Below are positions 14,573 through 23,415 of a DNA stretch of 64,000 bases, piece by piece (within the stretch, counting starts at the first letter, position 1; each line of letters starts with the position of its first letter). Under the pieces are notes generated by a model. That model had not been told where the DNA came from and did no database searches. It saw only the letters and a program-made list of their open reading frames with translations. The stretch comes from a bacterium. GTDB lineage: Bacteria; Patescibacteriota; Minisyncoccia; Minisyncoccales; JAGGSE01. Made by a program: the position numbers and the translations under genes. Where the stretch lies: NCBI GenBank assembly GCA_021159225.1, contig JAGGSE010000232.1, forward strand, positions 23,015 to 87,014, read 5' to 3'.

Positions 14573-17500
14573 GTGGAGAGACAACTTGAGAAGAAGGAGA
14601 AGGAACAACAGGTTAAGGAGCGATTAGTTGGAGAGACTTCGATCACTGCAGGAACTTTCGCAAGTTTGGTTACTTCTCTTTCCGCCTCGCAACTCCGTCA
14701 AATCTATAAAGAGACTAATGTTGTGAGGCGGTGTGTTGACCATATTGCGAGTTCTGTTGCGGACCTTCCGCGAGAGTATGATGTAAAGTTTGGTTTGAAG
14801 AAAAGTGAAGTAATCGATCTTATTTTTGTGCGCGAGACTATAACTGGAGAGACTTTTCGAGATGTGTTAATCGCTTTGACAGTGGATTTGTTGGTGTTGA
14901 ACAAAGGTGTGTTAGTACCTTTGAAGACATTTGGCGGAAGGTTAACCGGATTTACGGCACGCGATGCAGCCACTTTTTCTCCAGTGTATGAGAAAGACGG
15001 CAGGCTTCGTGGGTTCATTCAACAAGTCGGCTTGGGTAAGGTGTATAAGTTTCGCCCAGATGAGTTAGTGTACATTCAACTTATTCCTAAAACTTACACT
15101 GCTACTGGAGGGTCTATCTTAGAGTCTCTTACTTATGAAGTTACGAGCTTGTTAAAGAACTTAGTGAAAAGCGATCCTGAATCTAGGAAGCCTATCGGGA
15201 CATTTATTTTTCCGGAGAGTTTGGACGAGGCAGTTGTTAATAGGTTTCAAGAGGACTTAACCTCGTTAGTATCTGGAGGTAAAGTGAAAATCCCCGTGGT
15301 ATGGGGCGCTGGTAAAGGGGAGTGGATCGAGTTGGTTAAACAATTTGACATTCAGATGGTTGCTACGTTCTTGGATCGCTTAGATTGGCTAGTTCGGAGC
15401 GCTTTTGGATTTGTGCCTCCTGGAAGTAGTTTACTTCAGTCACGACCTAACGAAGATTTGATGTATTCTACCTTAGTCCCTGTGGTTGCTCGGGCGATCC
15501 AGAATCGACTGAATCGGTTTCTTAAACCTTATGGAGTTACTTTTAGTTTTAAGATTCCTCCTGCACACTCGTTGCAACGTATTATTGAAGGGACTAAGTC
15601 AGGGTTGATCTCACCTAATGAGGCCCGTCAGTTTATGTACTTACCACCGGTTAAAGGCGGCGATCAGTTGTCAGTTATGCAGCCTCAAGGTTTAACTCCT
15701 GTAGGGAAGAGTGGGCAACAATCTCCTGTGGTACCTCTCTCGGACGCTAAACAAGATACAGATATTACTCGCTCGCTTTCTATAGAAGAAGTGAAACAGC
15801 TTAGGAATCTCTCTCTTTTGTCCGATGAGAAGGTAGCACGGTTTGTTCTTAGGAGAATTAAGTTGCTGAAATCGATGCAAGAGGAGTTAAGAGAGGCAGT
15901 TCTGGATTATCGTTCTTCTTTTGAAGAGAAGGTGATGTTGCGTCAGGATACCCCTGCTTTACCTTCTTATGTGCCTTTCTTACTACGAGTAGAAGGGATC
16001 ATTGATAATTATGAGGCCCAGTCGATTGCGCTGGGTTATGAACGCGTGCTCCAGTTTTGGAACAGACGCGAGTTCGATAAGGATCTGATTGACGCTGAGA
16101 TTGCTGAACACGATCGACGACTTCGTCGAGAGTCTATTCGGAGTTGGAAAGAGCGTTTAGATTCTATTCACAATGAAGCAAAAAGAGGTGAGTGGGATCA
16201 AGTTAAAAAAGCTCTTGACAATTTTATACGCGCGATTATTGCCGCCGCAGGGTTTGTCACTTTGTTTGCGAATCTCCCTCTTGTACTTGTGTCTAAGTTT
16301 TTTGAGGAGACACAAGGAGTGCTCTTACGCTGGGTGGGCATATCTGATGATGTTACATGTTATGATGAAGCAACTAAAGTGTTGACGGATCGGGGGTGGA
16401 AGTTCTTTAAGGATTTGGATGGTACGGAGAGGTTGTTGAGTATTAACCCTGATGATTTGACTCAGGTTGAGTGGCTTAAACCTGTTGCCTATCAGACGTT
16501 TGAGTACGATGGTGAGATGATTCATTTCGAGGGCTATCAAACGGATCTACTCGTGACACCTGATCATCAGTGTTTTGTGTATGATAATGGAAGACTTCGG
16601 AAAGTTCGCGCAGGAGAGCTGACTCAATTTGCGAAGGTTTCTTTCTACCATGGTGTTCCCGTCGATGTTGCTGACGTGTCTAGTATTTCCTGTAGTGAAG
16701 CAGAAGTTCGCCTTTCTTACTACAAGGGGAAGGTCTACGACGTGACTCTTCCTAAATGGCACACTCTTTACATCATGCGCAATGGGAAGTGTATGTGGAG
16801 TGGTAATTGCGAAGACTGTGCAGCTCTTCAAGGGCGCGTTTTTAAACCATCCACGCTTGAACTGCTTCAAACTTGGCCCGGTTATGGTGTGCGTTGTGGC
16901 CATAACTGTAGGTGTGCCCTTGAACCTGTTTCTAATATTACGCAAGCAAGTGTTAACGAGTGGATCGGTAAAGTTATCAAGTTTAGGAATTTGCACGTCC
17001 CTCTAAAGGAAGCAGCGCTTGTTTATTCTGACGTAATCGAACATATCGATAAGAAGATCGCAGAAGCTCTCAAAAAGAACCCTCACTTACGGGAGCCTTC
17101 GTACGTTGCTTTATTTAAGGAAATCCGATTGCGCGAGACTTTAACCCAACCTAAATACGATGCTATACGAAATATACTCGAAATCCCCGCCTCTTTTACT
17201 GAGGAGCAGATTCGTTCAGCTTTTGTCGATGCAGTCGCCCTGAACGTCCTGTTACGTCAGAACTTTCAGTATCCTAGCTCACCTTTCGTCTCTGAGATAA
17301 TGTCTATAATGGAGCGGGCCAGGAAAGTGCTTTGGAACGAGCAATTAAGTAAGCTTTTACCTTCAGAGTTGAAAGAGTCTTGGTTGGAAGGTGATTTCGC
17401 TCCTTTTGAGAAATTGTCACTTAAGCTGTTTGATATTCCAGTTAAGGCTTACTTTGATCCCAGAGAGTTTTTTACTTACATGTTCCGGGCGTCCATTTTT

Positions 17501-18841
17501 AGCCCTCATCGAGAGGATATAGTAGGGATGCCCGCTTTTCGAGAACTCCTGGCAACCCATGTGTGGTCCCCAACTACTTATGAGAATTGGCTTAACCGTG
17601 TTTATAAGGCCCGTTCCGCCCCTTGGCGGGCCACGTTAACTCCTGATAGAGTACTTACTCGACTGGAATACGTTGACTCAGAGTTCCGTGATAGATTGGT
17701 AGAAATCCTTAAGAGTTATCCGATGTTACGAGTTCCATCTTTTTGGGATGGGTTGAAGGGAATTAAGTTGTCAGATGTATCTCGCTACGACGCGTCTTAT
17801 AGTTTGGAGGGGACCTATGATGAGTTTGTGAAGTCCTTTGTTGGTTCTATCTTGACTACGGGGGATACATTTCAGTTCCTCCACGAGCTAGGCCATCATG
17901 TGTTTGAGCGTCATTTTACCGCGCGCTCTACACTAAGAGACGCGTTTGCTTATGTGTACCGTGAACGAGTTTTGATCCCGTTTTACGAGCAAGTTTTACC
18001 TTATTTGACTGAAAAGGAAGCTCAAAAGTTCATGGGGTACATGAACGAGATGCTTGATGCAAGTGAGAAGAGAACTCTTGGGAGCTTTTTCTTAGGGTCT
18101 CGAGACGTATTTAGAGAGGAAATTTTTAAGCCTATTTATCCTAAGTTACAAGAGGTGATGCGGAACTGGGCACTTCCGATGCGACTGTACTCATTACAGA
18201 GCATCGACGAATCCTTTGCCGAGTTGTTTGCCACTTATATACGTAACCCATCGGTGTTGTACTTCAGTGACCCCGAGTTGTACTTGTTTATGGAATCGCT
18301 CTTGCAGAACCTTGCTGTACGTCCAGAAACTTTGATAAGTAAGCACCCTATGTGGAAACGTGTTTTTGAGGCCCTTTCACGTATAGGTTTAACACGGAGT
18401 CAGATAAAGCAACTTCTTCCGAACCTTCTGTGGGCACATATTAGAGAAGATGTTGGGTTTGAGGAGTTGATAGCGTTGTTCGAGAGCGCTGCTACTGCAG
18501 AGGGCGAAGACTTACGGAAGAAGATAAAAGATATTGTCGAGCGCTTTTTCAAAGCGCCTGAGAAGAAGAAAATGCCTAGTTCTGAGCCGAAACCCAAAGA
18601 GATTAGGAAGCCTCGTAAGGCACCTTCTCTTCCCGAAAAGACTCTAGTAACTCTAAAGGATGTGCGCGAAGTTCTTGAGAAGACTTTGAAGCTCGAAGGT
18701 AGAGACTTAGAGGTTTTTATGGACAAGATTGTTTCGGTTGTAGCTGAAGGTAAGATGAGTATGATTGATGTGTATGAGAAATTGACTTCTTTCAAGACTA
18801 AAAAGGAGGCTTTGAAGTGGCTAGCCGGTTTGAAGAAGTAA
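14573..18841 (+). CDS. portal protein fused to a MuF-like head-morphogenesis domain (intein-interrupted) and an HExxH zincin-like C-terminal region
   Basis: AGGAGG lies 6 nt before GTG 14573. The N-terminal third is portal-like (LRQIYKETNVVRRCVDHIASSVADLP...). After intein removal the MuF signature reads ISDDVT-CEDCAALQGRVF...CGHNCRC. The C-terminal region has FLHELGHHVF ... DESFAELFATYI and ends in a Lys/Glu-rich tail. Confidence 0.75.
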   Translation: MERQLEKKEKEQQVKERLVGETSITAGTFASLVTSLSASQLRQIYKETNVVRRCVDHIASSVADLPREYDVKFGLKKSEVIDLIFVRETITGETFRDVLIALTVDLLVLNKGVLVPLKTFGGRLTGFTARDAATFSPVYEKDGRLRGFIQQVGLGKVYKFRPDELVYIQLIPKTYTATGGSILESLTYEVTSLLKNLVKSDPESRKPIGTFIFPESLDEAVVNRFQEDLTSLVSGGKVKIPVVWGAGKGEWIELVKQFDIQMVATFLDRLDWLVRSAFGFVPPGSSLLQSRPNEDLMYSTLVPVVARAIQNRLNRFLKPYGVTFSFKIPPAHSLQRIIEGTKSGLISPNEARQFMYLPPVKGGDQLSVMQPQGLTPVGKSGQQSPVVPLSDAKQDTDITRSLSIEEVKQLRNLSLLSDEKVARFVLRRIKLLKSMQEELREAVLDYRSSFEEKVMLRQDTPALPSYVPFLLRVEGIIDNYEAQSIALGYERVLQFWNRREFDKDLIDAEIAEHDRRLRRESIRSWKERLDSIHNEAKRGEWDQVKKALDNFIRAIIAAAGFVTLFANLPLVLVSKFFEETQGVLLRWVGISDDVTCYDEATKVLTDRGWKFFKDLDGTERLLSINPDDLTQVEWLKPVAYQTFEYDGEMIHFEGYQTDLLVTPDHQCFVYDNGRLRKVRAGELTQFAKVSFYHGVPVDVADVSSISCSEAEVRLSYYKGKVYDVTLPKWHTLYIMRNGKCMWSGNCEDCAALQGRVFKPSTLELLQTWPGYGVRCGHNCRCALEPVSNITQASVNEWIGKVIKFRNLHVPLKEAALVYSDVIEHIDKKIAEALKKNPHLREPSYVALFKEIRLRETLTQPKYDAIRNILEIPASFTEEQIRSAFVDAVALNVLLRQNFQYPSSPFVSEIMSIMERARKVLWNEQLSKLLPSELKESWLEGDFAPFEKLSLKLFDIPVKAYFDPREFFTYMFRASIFSPHREDIVGMPAFRELLATHVWSPTTYENWLNRVYKARSAPWRATLTPDRVLTRLEYVDSEFRDRLVEILKSYPMLRVPSFWDGLKGIKLSDVSRYDASYSLEGTYDEFVKSFVGSILTTGDTFQFLHELGHHVFERHFTARSTLRDAFAYVYRERVLIPFYEQVLPYLTEKEAQKFMGYMNEMLDASEKRTLGSFFLGSRDVFREEIFKPIYPKLQEVMRNWALPMRLYSLQSIDESFAELFATYIRNPSVLYFSDPELYLFMESLLQNLAVRPETLISKHPMWKRVFEALSRIGLTRSQIKQLLPNLLWAHIREDVGFEELIALFESAATAEGEDLRKKIKDIVERFFKAPEKKKMPSSEPKPKEIRKPRKAPSLPEKTLVTLKDVREVLEKTLKLEGRDLEVFMDKIVSVVAEGKMSMIDVYEKLTSFKTKKEALKWLAGLKK
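16358..16807 (+). mobile_element. mini-intein (150 codons) in the MuF-like domain of the portal fusion
   Basis: It has Cys1 (CYDEATKVLTDRGWK), block B TPDH, and C-terminal KVYDVTLPKW...CMWSGN followed by Cys+1 (the first Cys of CEDC). It is clearly homologous to the intein at 7990-8487. Confidence 0.8.
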
Positions 18842-19473
18842 AAACTGAATTGGGTTATATCGTTGATAAGGAAGGTACCCTTGTAGGGACGTGGTTGTGG
18901 AAAGAAGGGAATATGACTGTGAGCACAAAGAACAAAGCTCTACAAGAGGTACTATCTCGAGGGGTACAGTTAGTAGAGCGTGTATTTGATCGAGGGGAGA
19001 TTCAGCTTAGCTATTCCCCCCCAACAGTTCGAGTAGTAAAGTTTACCCCTGTTGAACTCAGTTCGATTCTTGCGCCTGATTTCTACTGTATTACAGCTGA
19101 GGAGCGAAAGAAAGGAGTATCTTTACCTGCTAATACTGGCAGACACTCTCGCACGTTTAAACAAGTTCACCGGGGTTATGTCCTCGAACGATTAAAAGGG
19201 CGTGATATCACCATAGGAATTTGGTTTTATTCCCCGGGAGGAATTGTATGTCAGACTAATAGCAGGACGTTTGATAGGGAGTTCCACGAGGTTAAAAAGA
19301 AGTTAACAAGGACAGTGTTTACACGGGATGGGGTAAGGGAGGTTCCTCTTCCATTTAACGAGGCTACTTATTTTGATGTTAACTTGAAACTTCCCTCACG
19401 GTATTTTCTGGTACCTAGTTGGGGAATTGAAACCTCAGAGAAGGAGAAGTTCGAGGATGTCAAAGAAACTTGA
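18817..19473 (+). CDS. hypothetical protein
   Basis: GGAGG lies 7 nt before GTG 18817. The 218-aa product has no recognised motif. Confidence 0.4.
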   Translation: MASRFEEVKTELGYIVDKEGTLVGTWLWKEGNMTVSTKNKALQEVLSRGVQLVERVFDRGEIQLSYSPPTVRVVKFTPVELSSILAPDFYCITAEERKKGVSLPANTGRHSRTFKQVHRGYVLERLKGRDITIGIWFYSPGGIVCQTNSRTFDREFHEVKKKLTRTVFTRDGVREVPLPFNEATYFDVNLKLPSRYFLVPSWGIETSEKEKFEDVKET

Positions 19474-19822
19474 AGATTTTCTTGATCACTCGTTAGACGA
19501 TTTAGAGTCTCCTCCGGTCTTGGGGTTGGGTAAAGCTGCCTCTGAGGACTTACCTAAGCAGGAGGACATTCCATCTGAGGTTGGTTCGCCTGAACAGGAA
19601 GCGATTGATACAATTGCTGAGAGGATAATAGAAGAGTTACGCGGTAATGAAAGCATTAGGCCGAAGAATTGGAGTGACGTTCTCCGTGGTTTGGAATTAG
19701 TATTAAAGTTTAAGCATGAGTTACACGGCAAGCACAAGAAAGGAGAACAGGACCTCGCATACCAAGCTCTTCAGGAGTTTAAGGAAGTGGTAGATGCCTT
19801 CTCGAGATTTGAGTCAAAGTAA
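19457..19822 (+). CDS. acidic protein, possible small terminase subunit (by position only)
   Basis: It lies immediately upstream of, and overlaps, the large terminase gene. No motif was recognised. Confidence 0.3.
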   Translation: MSKKLEDFLDHSLDDLESPPVLGLGKAASEDLPKQEDIPSEVGSPEQEAIDTIAERIIEELRGNESIRPKNWSDVLRGLELVLKFKHELHGKHKKGEQDLAYQALQEFKEVVDAFSRFESK

Positions 19823-21239
19823 GTTCCACATTTCGTTAAAGAAGCTTCGTACTATTTGCCAAAATAGTTTCCTTCACTACTTGATCTTCGTTTTTGGGTT
19901 TCCAGTGTCGGCAATGCATCGAGAGTGGATTGACGCTCTTATGAAGTGTTCTCGAGTTGTGATTGCTGCTCCTCGGGCCCACTCTAAAACTACCATAGTT
20001 TCTATTGCGTATTCGACGTGGTTGATTGGGCGTAACCCCAATATAAGGATTAAGATCATAACTAACTCTATTGACAAGGGTAGAGAGATTTTAGCCGCAG
20101 TTTCGAGTACTCTTCTTTTTAATAAAAGGTACCAGTTTGTTTTTCCTGAGATTAGACCCGCAAAGACACGTTATTGGACGAAGGATAGATTGTATGTGGA
20201 GCGTTCTTTGGTTCTTCGTGATCCTACGATCGAAGCAAGAAGTGTTCTATCTACAGGGGCCGGAGGTAGGTCAGATGTGATAATTGGAGATGACATGGTT
20301 GATAATTTGAACTGCGTTACTGAAGGTTTGCGGAGAAAAGTAAAGGAAGCTTTCTATGATACTTGGATGAATACTCTCGAACCACAAGGGAACCAAGCGG
20401 TAGTTGTTGGTACTATTTGGCATGAAGACGATCTGCTCTCTGAATTGCTCAGGAATAAAGACTGGGAGTTTCGTAAAGTTTGGGCGATAAATGATAACTT
20501 TGACCCTCTATGGCCCCAAGTGTGGTCGCGAGAGAAGCTTTATAAGAAGTGGAAGGAAAACCCTTTGGCTTTCGATAAAGGCTTTCGCCATCGTCCAACA
20601 CGTGTAGATACTGCTCTTTTCCCGCCATCTTCATTTAAACAACGGTCTGATTGGCCTCTTTCTCCAGGGTCTAATCCTCCTGAGTATAACGATGTGGATC
20701 CTTCTCTTATCAAGTGTTACTTTGGGGTGGATATTTCAGCTGGACATGGAGATGATTTTTCGGTGATTTTTGTGGTGCGGGTGAATGCTGAAACTCTAAT
20801 TCGGTGGCCTGTTGAAATAGCTCGGTTGAAGCAACCAGCTCCTGATGTGACCCGCAAGCTCATTCGGATGTACAAGCAGTACCAACCCGAAGTGATTATG
20901 ATTGAGTCAAACGCTACTCAGTCTATGATGCAAGATTGGATTTCTGAAGTAAGTAAATTACCTCTAAAACCGTATTACACAGGCGTTCAAAAGCACTTGA
21001 TTTCGGTAGGGATCCCTTCTCTTAGAGTGGAACTTGATAATAATATGTGGATGATCCCTTCTTGGGATCACCCTCTTGAGTGTAGTTGTTCTTGGTGCCA
21101 ATGGAAAAGAGAGGTACTGTCGTATCCTTATAGTAAGAAAGACGACACTGTTTTTGCTTGGTGGTTTAGTCGTGAAGCAATTAGGCTTTTCCTAGAAGGA
21201 AAGCGAGTAGGCCGCGGATATGCTGTCGTAGAACTCTGA
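19794..21239 (+). CDS. terL: terminase large subunit
   Basis: The Walker A-like motif is AAPRAHSKTT, Walker B is DVIIGDDMVD and the coupling motif is GTIWHEDDL. The C-terminal RNase-H-like nuclease has FGVDISAGHGDDFSVIFVV and IMIESNATQ. Confidence 0.85.
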   Translation: MPSRDLSQSKFHISLKKLRTICQNSFLHYLIFVFGFPVSAMHREWIDALMKCSRVVIAAPRAHSKTTIVSIAYSTWLIGRNPNIRIKIITNSIDKGREILAAVSSTLLFNKRYQFVFPEIRPAKTRYWTKDRLYVERSLVLRDPTIEARSVLSTGAGGRSDVIIGDDMVDNLNCVTEGLRRKVKEAFYDTWMNTLEPQGNQAVVVGTIWHEDDLLSELLRNKDWEFRKVWAINDNFDPLWPQVWSREKLYKKWKENPLAFDKGFRHRPTRVDTALFPPSSFKQRSDWPLSPGSNPPEYNDVDPSLIKCYFGVDISAGHGDDFSVIFVVRVNAETLIRWPVEIARLKQPAPDVTRKLIRMYKQYQPEVIMIESNATQSMMQDWISEVSKLPLKPYYTGVQKHLISVGIPSLRVELDNNMWMIPSWDHPLECSCSWCQWKREVLSYPYSKKDDTVFAWWFSREAIRLFLEGKRVGRGYAVVEL

Positions 21240-21243
21240 CGTC

Positions 21244-21273
21244 TTGCACTTTTCTGTGTTATCCTAGTAAGCT
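21244..21273 (+). promoter_or_regulatory. promoter candidate sharing the CTTGCAC / CTTTTCTGTG box
   Basis: TTGCAC (21244-21249), an 18-nt spacer and TAAGCT (21268-21273) lie in the 62-nt gap after terL. The -10 element is weak. Confidence 0.3.
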
Positions 21274-21301
21274 TTTCTTAAGATGTTAGGGGGATTAAGG
21301 T

Positions 21302-22192
21302 GTGGGAGAGAATATCTCGGTAACTTCCTATACTTTTAAGAAGTACCTCAGCCCTTTTTTAGTTTGGTGTGAAGGTAAATTCGACTACATTCTTCACGTT
21401 CATTGGGCTAGCGTCCTCCACGGAGACTTGCGAATGGGTTACTGTGGCGACCCCAATAACGTGATTGGAGTTACCTTGTTCATTTACAAGCAAGGTGCTG
21501 TCAAACGCCGCCCCAATGGACCGAAGGGTTGGACAGAGTTCTTGAAAGTTGTTCGAGACCCTAAGAACTTCAAACTAAACTTCAAAACAGGAGAAATTCA
21601 GGGCCAGCGCAGCTTAGCGGCAACTGTTAAGTTACCGGAAGCTAAGGCATGGATGAGAGTGAAAAAGTACATCTCTCCTCCAGGCACTATTGGCGCTCGA
21701 GTTTTGCGCAAATGGTGGTCCTATATGACGATTGTTGATAAAGGTAAAGTGGAACATTTAACTCGGAAACTGGACGAGTTTGAGTTTTACTTTACTGAGG
21801 GTAAGGCTTTTAGAGGACGGTACATTCTTCGACCTTTTGGTAAGAACTTTACCTTCTTTACTGCCAGTGCCCGACCCGTACTTGTTGGGACGACCCAGAA
21901 GCTGGAAGAGGGTAAGGAAATTAGTGGTTTTCTTTGGATTAAAGCAAAGAACCAGACCCCGTATGTTCTTTCTACACGAGCTGTAAAGAAACGATTTATT
22001 TCCCCTGTGCATTTTAGTGGGCTGCCCCAGGCACTGAAGGAGAGAATTCCAAGAGCTTTTCAGTATTGGACTATAGAGTCAAAAGCGAAACGTTTAAAGG
22101 TGCGGGATAGTTTGGTGTTAGCTCTGAAGAGCCAGAGACAGTATCAGTACTTGGAAGAGGGGGCTTGGCATAAGGTCAGTTTGAAAGTGTGA
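21302..22192 (+). CDS. protein with N-terminal LigD 3'-phosphoesterase-like domain
   Basis: YILHVHWASVLHGDLRMG matches the H.A..LH.DLR metal-site signature. ISPPGTIGARV...IVDKGKVE and FYFTEGKAFRGRYILRPF match the later G..GA / D.G / G..GRY.L.R blocks of the LigD PE domain. The alignment is by eye. Confidence 0.5.
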   Translation: MGENISVTSYTFKKYLSPFLVWCEGKFDYILHVHWASVLHGDLRMGYCGDPNNVIGVTLFIYKQGAVKRRPNGPKGWTEFLKVVRDPKNFKLNFKTGEIQGQRSLAATVKLPEAKAWMRVKKYISPPGTIGARVLRKWWSYMTIVDKGKVEHLTRKLDEFEFYFTEGKAFRGRYILRPFGKNFTFFTASARPVLVGTTQKLEEGKEISGFLWIKAKNQTPYVLSTRAVKKRFISPVHFSGLPQALKERIPRAFQYWTIESKAKRLKVRDSLVLALKSQRQYQYLEEGAWHKVSLKV

Positions 22193-22269
22193 CCGTGGAC
22201 CCCTTGCCCAAATTTAGGTTCCCTGTGACTTTATTATGGAAAAAATTTGGAACAGGAAGGAGGTGCAAG

Positions 22270-23415
22270 ATGAGGTTTGAGAACGGCTTGTTTCAGTTAA
22301 ATCCAGAATTCATTCGCGCTCCAGCTGAGGTTTCCGAGAAGATTGCTAATCCGGGGGAGTTGGTGATCGCAGGTTATGCTACAACTTATGATAAAGGTTT
22401 GGATAATGCTGTCATATCTAGGAAGGCATTGTCTAACGCTGCTGAGGACCTGAAGAAGAGAAGCACAGTGTTGTTCAATCATGATCAAAATCGCCCTATT
22501 GGCCGCATTCATGAGGTGAAGTTGGATAATAAGGGGTTGTTTACAATTGCTGTAATTGATAAGACAGAGCAAGAGATTCAGGAGAAGATCAAATCAGGAA
22601 CGTTGAACAAGTTCTCGATCCGCGGACGGATTTTAGCTTCTCATGAAGAGTGGGATGAGAATACTGGAAGGTCCACGTCAGTTGTTGATAACTTGAAGTT
22701 GCTTGAGGTATCTGTTGTTTCCGTACCTGCTGTTGATGAAGCAGAGATTCAATCGTGGTATGTACAAAGGAGTGCGAGCGATAATGACTTCGTCCCCTTA
22801 CAAAGGGATGTTAATTCAGAACAAGGAGGTGACAAAATGAGTGATAAGGAAATGAAAGAGCTAGAGGAGCAGGAGCTTGAGGAGAAGGAAGAGGAAGCTC
22901 TTGAAGAAGAGGAAGGAACTGAGGAGTTGATTGAGGCAGTGGAATCCAGTCAGCTTGAACTGTTACTAGACCTTGATGAGCGTGTTTCTGCGTTGGTTGA
23001 GCGGGCGGACGAACTTCTTAAGGCCGCGAATTTAGATGCTGTTATGAAGAAGTTGGATGAGGCGATGGAGATGCTTAAGAAGATTTTGGACAAGTTGGAA
23101 AAATATCCTTACCCCTATCCTTATCCCTACCCTGCAAAAAAGTCTGCAGAGATTGAAGAGAGTGTAGAGGAGCTCGATCTTGAAGAGAATGCGGAGGAGC
23201 CGATGCAAGAAGTGCTCGAAAGTGTTCGGGCTCTTACTGATGAAGTTAAGGAGTTGAAGGAAACTGTAGTTGTTCGTGGCGAGAGGTCTGAAGAGGCTCC
23301 CGAGGATGCAATCCGGCAGTTTCTCGAGTCGGAAGAGTACAAAAACGCAGATCCTTCTGAGAAGATGAGGATGCTGTGGGATTTCACAGAAAAGTATAAA
23401 GGAGGTGAAAAGTAA
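22270..23415 (+). CDS. prohead serine protease (HK97/S78-type) fused to an acidic coiled-coil scaffold
   Basis: GGAGG lies 6 nt before ATG 22270. The protease signatures are LVIAGYATTYD...VLFNHDQNRPIGRI...KFSIRGRI...LLEVSVVSVPAVDEAEI. A Glu-rich helical region follows, containing KYPYPYPYPYPAKK. Confidence 0.8.
   Translation: MRFENGLFQLNPEFIRAPAEVSEKIANPGELVIAGYATTYDKGLDNAVISRKALSNAAEDLKKRSTVLFNHDQNRPIGRIHEVKLDNKGLFTIAVIDKTEQEIQEKIKSGTLNKFSIRGRILASHEEWDENTGRSTSVVDNLKLLEVSVVSVPAVDEAEIQSWYVQRSASDNDFVPLQRDVNSEQGGDKMSDKEMKELEEQELEEKEEEALEEEEGTEELIEAVESSQLELLLDLDERVSALVERADELLKAANLDAVMKKLDEAMEMLKKILDKLEKYPYPYPYPYPAKKSAEIEESVEELDLEENAEEPMQEVLESVRALTDEVKELKETVVVRGERSEEAPEDAIRQFLESEEYKNADPSEKMRMLWDFTEKYKGGEK

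Noticed and set aside
16547-16996. 149-aa - strand ORF, considered as a possible endonuclease linked to the portal intein
   Set aside because: It is antisense to the intein/MuF coding sequence. It has no LAGLIDADG, HNH or GIY-YIG motif and no RBS.
18400-18795. 131-aa - strand ORF opposite the portal-fusion C-terminus
   Set aside because: It is the mirror of a Lys/Glu-rich coding segment, which gives a Phe/Ser-rich translation. It has no start context.
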